Assembly: GCA_964016885.1 (NCBI GenBank)
Contig: OZ024753.1
Span: forward strand, 8,246,001 to 8,310,000
Direction of reading: 5' to 3'
DNA from: Eledone cirrhosa
Taxonomy: Eukaryota
Length of the DNA stretch: 64,000 nucleotides
Below, piece by piece: positions 57,256 through 64,000 of this stretch. The number at the start of each line of letters is the position of its first letter. Position 1 is the stretch's first letter. Both the position numbers and the translations under genes were made by a program. The notes below the pieces were generated by a model. That model saw only the letters and a program-made list of their open reading frames with translations. It was not told the origin of the DNA and did no database searches.

Positions 57256-57758
57256 TGTTGGGTGGTTCCTTAGTTAATCTATTGAGCAATCAAGTATTAA
57301 ATTTGTAGAAATTGTTGATTTTTCTACAAATATCTACAAATTTCATACTTGACGACTCTATAGTTTAACTAAGGAACCTCACAACACTAGCTTAAGTCTA
57401 TTAATCTTTGTGTGTTGATAACACAGCTCAATAGCAATGATATATATTGACTCGTCAAATATAAATCTGTACAAATTGTTTTCTTCTACAAATATCTACA
57501 AATTTCATACTTGACGACTCTATAGTTTAACTAAGGAACCTCACAACACTAGCTTAAGTCTATTAATCTTTGTGTGTTGATAACACAGCTCAATAGCAAT
57601 GATATATTGACTCGTCAAATATAAATCTGTACAAATTGTTGTTCTTTTTCTACAAATATCTACAAATTTCATACTTGACGACTCTATAGTTTAACTAAGG
57701 AACCTCCCAACACTAGCTTAAGTCTATTAATCTTTGTGTGTTGATAACACAGCTCAAT
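57256..57758. repeat. ~163-bp tandem repeat (3 copies) built on the TIR-only MITE sequence
   Basis: CTACAAATATCTACAAATTTCATACTTGACGACTC at ~57324, 57486 and 57650; the first unit has ~55-bp inverted arms. Confidence 0.9.
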
Positions 57759-58499
57759 TGTTTCAGTTTCTTCTGATACAATTACTAAAATTATTCAAAG
57801 ACTTCAATAAGATTATTATTGTTAACACTACCAACTTTACTCATAAATTTCTTTGTTCGATTCCTTCTCTTATTTTTCTTTTATTCTATTATCCTTTATT
57901 ATATCTTAGGATTTCTTTTCTGACAATTCTATCTTGCCTTTTCCTTCTCTTTTTTCTTCTCACCACTTCATTTTCTCTTTTTTCTCTTTCTTTCTTTCTC
58001 TCTCTCTCTCTTTCTCTCTCTGTCTGTTTTTCTTTCTTTCTTTCTCTTTTCCTATCACCCTTTCTTTCTTCCTCTCTTTCTCTCTCTTTCTATCTTTCTT
58101 TCTTTCTTTCTTTCTCTCTGTCTGTCTGCCTGTCTGCCTGTCTGTCTGTCTGTTTTTCTTTCTTTTTCATTCTTTCTTTGATTTTCCTTTCATTCTTTCT
58201 TTCTTTCCCCTTAATAGGTTTATTTGAATTCCTACTCCCCCCCTCCTCTTCCCCCTACCTCTCTGTCATTCAATTAATCAATCGAGGTAATGAATTTGAC
58301 CTATCTGTAACGTGTAGTTCTGATGAAGTCCTTTAATTTTCTCAATTAACTGCCACACAAAATTGCTTTCAGGAAGATGGCAGGTAACATTTTTCATGCA
58401 AGAAATCACTGAATACATCGCGTAATTTCAATAAATCTTATTAGACTAATGTTTCATTCTATGTTTACAAATGTATAGTTTTTTTATTCAGATATATAT

Positions 58500-58581
<82 letters not shown>

Positions 58582-59037
58582 GTGTGTGTGTGTGTGTTAG
58601 TATTATTTTTATTATTATTTTCATTCCTATCATGCTTATTTTTATATTCAAATTCTTAATAAGGTTTAATTTGTGTAGTTGAGGATGGATGTGTGTATTG
58701 TTGTATGTGTATATGTGTGTGTACGTGTGCGCACATATATACATATGCATATTGTATCTTTTCATTTTTATTGTAATTTTAATGTTGGTAAAGGTATATT
58801 ATAGTATATTATATTGTATTATATATAATTCCTGCTCTATATAACCACCTTTGTTTAGCTCTAGTTTTTGCTTTGGACTATATTTGTAATATGGTTCTTA
58901 GTGTTATATACATCCTTAGTAACTTTTATCATATATTTTTATTATATATTTTTGTAATACTTCAGTGTATGTACACTCCATATTCTTCGGAATCTTCCGG
59001 CTTGTATCTGCCGATATTACTTCTTGTTGTTTTAATT

Positions 59038-59075
59038 GCCCTGATGAGTCCTTAATAGGACGAAACATTGTCGGC
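59038..59075 (+). ncRNA. Textbook minimal type I hammerhead ribozyme
   Basis: GCC-CTGATGA-GTCCT taat AGGAC-GAAAC att GTC-GGC; GUC cleavage after 59072; AATAAA at 59077. Confidence 0.88.
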
Positions 59076-59141
59076 TAATAAAGACTTTTGATGTATTGAA
59101 GGCTTCTTTGTTTTACTCTCTTAATATATATATATATATAT

Positions 59142-59204
<63 letters not shown>

Positions 59205-59212
59205 TATATATG

Positions 59213-59269
<57 letters not shown>

Positions 59270-59293
59270 GTATATATACATTACTACAACAGA

Positions 59294-59378
59294 GGTCCGA
59301 CGAGCTTTTGTTTCCAGTGCCGGGCTAAATCGATACAGATCGAACCTTGAGCTGATCAATAGTGAAACACATGTCACC
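59294..59378 (+). ncRNA. Variant hammerhead motif (CCGACGA core, long stem II)
   Basis: GGT-CCGACGA-...-GAAACACATGTC-ACC in TA-flanked cassette ~59283-59530. Confidence 0.45.
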
Positions 59379-59553
59379 AACCAATTAACGTAATGAAGGC
59401 TTAACCATTCATCTTTGTATCATTATTATATTACACTCTGTCTTGCTCTACACCTCGATACTGACACGAACCTAAATATTGAATACTCACCTGGGTGAAC
59501 CTACAGTATCTTCATGTTACATTCCTTGGATATATATATATATATATATATAT

Positions 59554-59721
59554 ATAGGAAAATGTATGACCCCGACGGCAGAGCTCAAGCCGTTTCGATG
59601 GCTATTTCTGGACGCATACATACGGGGTCATACATTTTCCTATTACCCACTCTACTACCCTAAGTATTGAGTACTCTGGTGCATTATGGTCTATCTGGTT
59701 CCTTACCACAATTCCTTCGTT
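59554..59721. mobile_element. Family E mini-element copy
   Basis: 21-bp inverted arms 59554-59574/59623-59643; half hammerhead on minus strand. Confidence 0.75.
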
Positions 59722-59736
59722 ATATATATATATATA

Positions 59737-59950
59737 TAAAAGGTAAACAGAAATAACAACACAATCGGTACAGTATATGGAAAGAATATATTAGTTTAAT
59801 GCTTGATATAACAGGAAGAGGGTCTTAACGTTTCGGATGCTAATCCTTCATCGAAAGAAAGAATGAGAAATTAGAAAGATTGAAGGGACGGGCAGGGTGG
59901 AATTGGAAAAAATGGTTGTAGAAAAAATAACAGGTCCATTCATGTTGTCA
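59737..59950 (-). mobile_element. Family D element with mutated hammerhead core (59823-59858)
   Basis: Reverse complement of 47860-48075; core reads TCGATGA. Confidence 0.75.
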
Positions 59951-60113
59951 TCTGTTAGAGAGAGAGTGAGAGAGAGAGAGAGAGATATAAAATCTGGACT
60001 ATGGCACCAACCAGTTTTAGCTGAAACCTCTTTCAGGATTTTACATACACACTCTACATTTCACCATGTATTGAGTACTCCCATGATTAATGGTCTCCCC
60101 AGTCTCAGCACCG

Positions 60114-60184
<71 letters not shown>

Positions 60185-60387
60185 AATGCATATATATATA
60201 ATATAATTGAATAAACAAGAGAGATGAACACTAATATAAACATACATGTGTTCGAATCGTAAGGACCAAATTTGCTAGGGTGAAAAAATACTAACTACAG
60301 CAATATGGTTTGTTATCCTTAACTTTAAATATTAAATTAAGAAAAATAAAGAAAAATAACAGACCTATATTGGGCAAAACGCCTGGT

Positions 60388-60469
60388 AACAACCAGACAG
60401 TATTGGAGACTGTTTCACAACGACTTATTAAGTGAAGTTCTCACGTTTCTCTGCTCCTCAGTAGTTGTT
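60388..60469 (-). ncRNA. Type I hammerhead motif (family J)
   Basis: Minus strand: AACAACTA-CTGAGGA-(38-nt domain II)-GAAACAGT ctccaat ACTGTC-TGGTTGTT; 8-bp stem I, 5-bp stem III, GUC site. Confidence 0.78.
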
Positions 60470-60557
60470 GAGAAATTATTGATCCTTTCACTCCTAAACA
60501 TATTAGAGAATGAATTGTGTACGATATGAATTATCGCACGTGTCATTCGGAACCCAG

Positions 60558-60593
<36 letters not shown>

Positions 60594-61494
60594 GTTTAAC
60601 GTCAATCTTCCACGCTAGCATGGGTCAGATGGTTTTGTTCCATTTGATGTGGGAATGGTCGGGAGACCGTGTCTCGCTCGTACGGAAGTATATTTATATA
60701 AATGTGTATATATAGAGAGAAGAGAGAGATTTATATAAATGTATACATATATATACATTTATATAAATGTATATATATACATTTATATAAATGTATATGT
60801 TTATATATATACATTTATATAAATCTATATGTATATATATATATGCATTTATATAAATGTATGTATATATATTTATATAAATGTGTATAAATAAATGTAT
60901 ATATATGTATTTATATAAATGTATATATGTATATATATATGTATATAAATGTACACATATATAATACATGTAAGCACTGATGTCTCAAGTAACTTTTGAT
61001 GTCTTTGTATTCCTATAATATGTTGAAGTTGAGCCAACCTGATGGCCACACTCCTCTAGAGGATATTGATTTAACTATAAATTACATATACTACGAGTAA
61101 ATGATATGATTATAGTAGAAATCAAACCTATATCATAGTCTTATATAGACTAAGATAACCACTTTGTACTGCCCTCTCTCTCTCTCTGGATGTATGTATG
61201 TCTCCATCTCTCTCACTGACTTCTTATAAAACATTTTTCAAGGACCAAATGCACACCATATTAGATTACAAGCTGTAAAGTTGTAAGGTTCTGTTGCTTC
61301 AGGAGATATAATTATTTTTATCGCACATTGGTACCAAATATCTTCTGTAGATTGACAGCATATGCAAAAGGAATTATACATGCATGAAATAATATTGAAC
61401 TTGATATTGGTCTGTGATATTGGTCATGAGTTCTAATCTGCAATACATATTATGTATTTAGACAATATACAGTATATAGATACAATGCATTCAA

Positions 61495-61810
61495 TCAGAA
61501 ATACTAGCAACTGAATTGGAATTCCTCCAAAAGGTCTTTTAAGTAACTTTACTCGATAGATTGCATAGTTCGAAAATCAGAGAAGCATTCCAACTAGAGC
61601 AACTACTTCTGTGAATTGAAATATCACAGCTCTGATATTATGGGCATGTGGTTAGAATGTCTCAGGAAAAGAATCACTTGACAGATTTTATGGGCAAAAA
61701 CCAACCCGTAAGAGACCCAAGGGTAGATCCAGAGCAAGATGGTTGGATAACATCCATCAACTTGGCTGGTCCCACTGGGGTATCCAATCAGATCAATTGG
61801 AGATGGTCGT
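61495..61810 (+). mobile_element. Decayed RTE-clade LINE ORF C-terminal fragment
   Basis: SEILATELEFLQKVF*VTLLDRLHSSKIREAFQLEQLLL*IEISQL*YYGHVVRMSQE, then with frameshifts QILWAK-PTRKRPKGRSRARWLDNIHQLGW. Matches the recalled RTE motif ..QLRWFGH..RM....GRRPRGRPRTRW. Confidence 0.85.
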
Positions 61811-62613
61811 TTGGTGTTTTTCTGTTTTGCAATGATTTTATTCTTAGATTAGTTGTTTTCCATTTTCACAATTATATATGAATTTTATTATGAATTCCAA
61901 TTTGTATTTTTCACATCTTGAAATAGAATTTTGCTCATTTCTGTTACACCTAATCCTAATTTTATTTTATTGATCCCATAAGGAAACACTAACTTAATGT
62001 CATGAAATTAGAGTTAACACTCTCTCTTAAAACACTTAAAACATTTTGAAGTGTTTTAGAATATATTTATTATGTTGTACAGAGGAACAATGTTGAATAA
62101 AGAGTAACAAATGTTCCTTGTATGTTCTAATATGATCTTAACAACAATAAGCAACATAGGGGAAGAAAAAATCAGAAACATAATGATGGAAGTAATGAAA
62201 AGTATGGTGGAATACATTGACCAACGTTTTGTATACATTTATTAAATTTGAAGCAGCTTCATTAAGCTTTTGTTAAGGATATGGTCATGAATATATTATA
62301 TAAGTAACAATTTTGTTACTATTTGTTAATGTTATTTTACAACATTTTATTATTGGCTGCTTGCTTTGAATGCAGTATAATAAACCAACATCTTTATGAA
62401 TTTTTCTTCAGAAATTTCCGTAGTAATATGGAAACGTTTCATTTTTTTGTTTTTCTTTCTATTGTTATTCATCAATTATTTAGCAATATTGTTATGGTTA
62501 GTATACAGTGCTTTCTTAAATCGACATTCAACAAATATTTTTACAAGAAATTATCTTCCGTTAACATGGTTATGCTTGCCAGAAAATTTTATGAAAGTGA
62601 TCAATATAGCCAG

Positions 62614-63283
62614 AATATATCATTGATTATTGCAGAATTCTTCAACGTACATTGGACATTATGTCACTACGACATTTTCCAGAAACACATCTTTAATAGG
62701 CACATCATTTGAAGTTTAGCTTTAGTGACTATGGAGAATTCTCTCCTTTCCTGCCAAAAGAAAGAGATGAGAATTCTGGTCGGTTTGAACAGAAAATGGT
62801 GAGAGCATTCTAGCTGGATATGGCTGGTTTGAATAAAAAAAAAAGAAGAGAGCATTCTAGCCAGATATGGCCAGTTTCAATTTAAAAAGGTGAGAGAATT
62901 CTGGCTGGATATGGCCGGTTTGAACAGAAAGAGGTGAGAGAATTCTGGCTGGATACAGCCGGTTTGTACAGAAGGTGAGAGCATTCTGGCTGGATATGGC
63001 TGATTTGAACAGGAGGTGGTGAGGTATTCTAGCCAGATATGGCCAGTTTAACTGCTAAAGGGTTAATTTGAATGAGTGCAAGATCATTTTATTGTCAGTT
63101 TGACCAAAGAAAATTAAAATGTTCTTGAATCCAACAAATATATCATTGATTATTGCAGAATTCTTCAATGTACATTGGACATTAAGTCGCTATGACATTT
63201 TCCAGAAACACATCTTTAATAGGCACATCATTTGAAGTTAAGCTTTAGTGACTATGGAGAATTCTTCTCTCCTTTCCTGCCAA
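62614..63283. repeat. ~143-bp direct repeats (62614-62757, 63137-63283) bracketing a piggyBac-MITE end with ~40-bp tandem units (62760-63066)
   Basis: Direct comparison; units GAGAATTCTGGCTGGATATGGCCGGTTTGAACAG match 2665-2725; array ends TGCTAAAGGG-TTAA. Confidence 0.88.
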
Positions 63284-63744
63284 TGTTGGATGAAATAGAA
63301 ATTAAATTAATGTGACTTTCTAAAGACTTACACTTAGAAATAAACTTTCTACTCTGTGGGTTATCTCTCTTGTGTGTGTATTTATGTGTGTAACCTCTCG
63401 TGTGTGTTTGTGTGTGTTTCTGTGTTTCTGTGTAATCTCTTGTGTGTGTATTTGTGTGTGTGTGTGTTTCTGTATGTCTGTGAAATCTCTGGTGTGTGTA
63501 TTTGTGTGTGTTTCTGTGTATCTGTGTAGTCTCTGGTGTGTGCGTGTGTTTGTATATATGTTTGCGCATGTGTGTGAATGTTTTTAAAGAAATTTGATAT
63601 AAGTGGTTACAACAAGGAATTGATATGAGTTGTTAATTCAAGTACTTTTCATTTCAAATATCTGTGAATGTTTGATATTATTTATTATATAGATATATAT
63701 ATATAAAACAGCAACTAGAAATTTCTTCTTGTAATGTCTAATTT

Positions 63745-64000
63745 GTCCTGAGGCTCATCAGATGTGCTTATCTTGGTTTCCGTGGCCTTAAGTAACCGAG
63801 AGTATAAGATTTCTCACTGGACATGACACCAGTCCATCACAGAGTTAACCCCCCAGCTATTACTGGTATTCATTATCAGCTGAGTATACTGGAGCAATGT
63901 GAAAGGAAGTGTTTTGCTCAAGAACACAACACAATCCAGTCCTGAAATTGAAGTGACGATATTCTGATCATAAGTCCAACACACTTACCACTAGGCCACA
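63745..64000 (-). mobile_element. CORE-type SINE, same family as 2757-3040, reaching the window edge
   Basis: CCAGTCCATCACAGAGTTAACCCCCCAGCTA...CTGGAGCAATGTGAAA..GTGTTTTGCTCAAGAACACAACAC. Confidence 0.8.

Noticed and set aside
58318-58345. Isolated CTGANGA cores (also 26070-, 30533-, 42053-, 42320-, 48588, 48863, 49073- and 63755-)
   Set aside because: No properly placed GAAA-stem III-NUH with a pairing stem I.
59990-60118. Hammerhead in a family F-like stub
   Set aside because: Shares the CATGTATTGAGTAC 3' region but has no intact core.

Overview
This is an AT-rich, very repeat-dense eukaryotic window. The SINE types and microsatellite load suggest a coleoid cephalopod such as Octopus, which is an inference. 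I can support no intact protein-coding gene: nearly all supplied ORFs are read-throughs of (TA)n, (CA)n, (TATG)n, (GGT)n or minisatellites. Mobile elements present are tRNA-derived SINEs (a CORE-type family with (GAT)n tails and a second family with (ATT)n tails), decayed LINE 3' ends (Dong/R4-like, Tx1-like, RTE), a non-autonomous RTE derivative, TTAA-flanked piggyBac-like MITEs that seed minisatellites, and a tiny TA-flanked MITE. The most striking signal, read by eye, is about 22 type I hammerhead-ribozyme motifs plus 3 half-motifs from roughly 9-10 unrelated sequence families. Each sits in a short ORF-less cassette within or abutting (TA)n microsatellite, and many carry an inverted segment, up to a perfect palindrome with 187-bp arms. 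Several families share a near-palindromic GAGT(A/G)CTC octamer downstream of the ribozyme. This pattern fits non-autonomous Penelope-like/retrozyme-type elements. Coordinates were counted by hand and may be off by a few bases; family assignments come from recalled motifs, not database searches.
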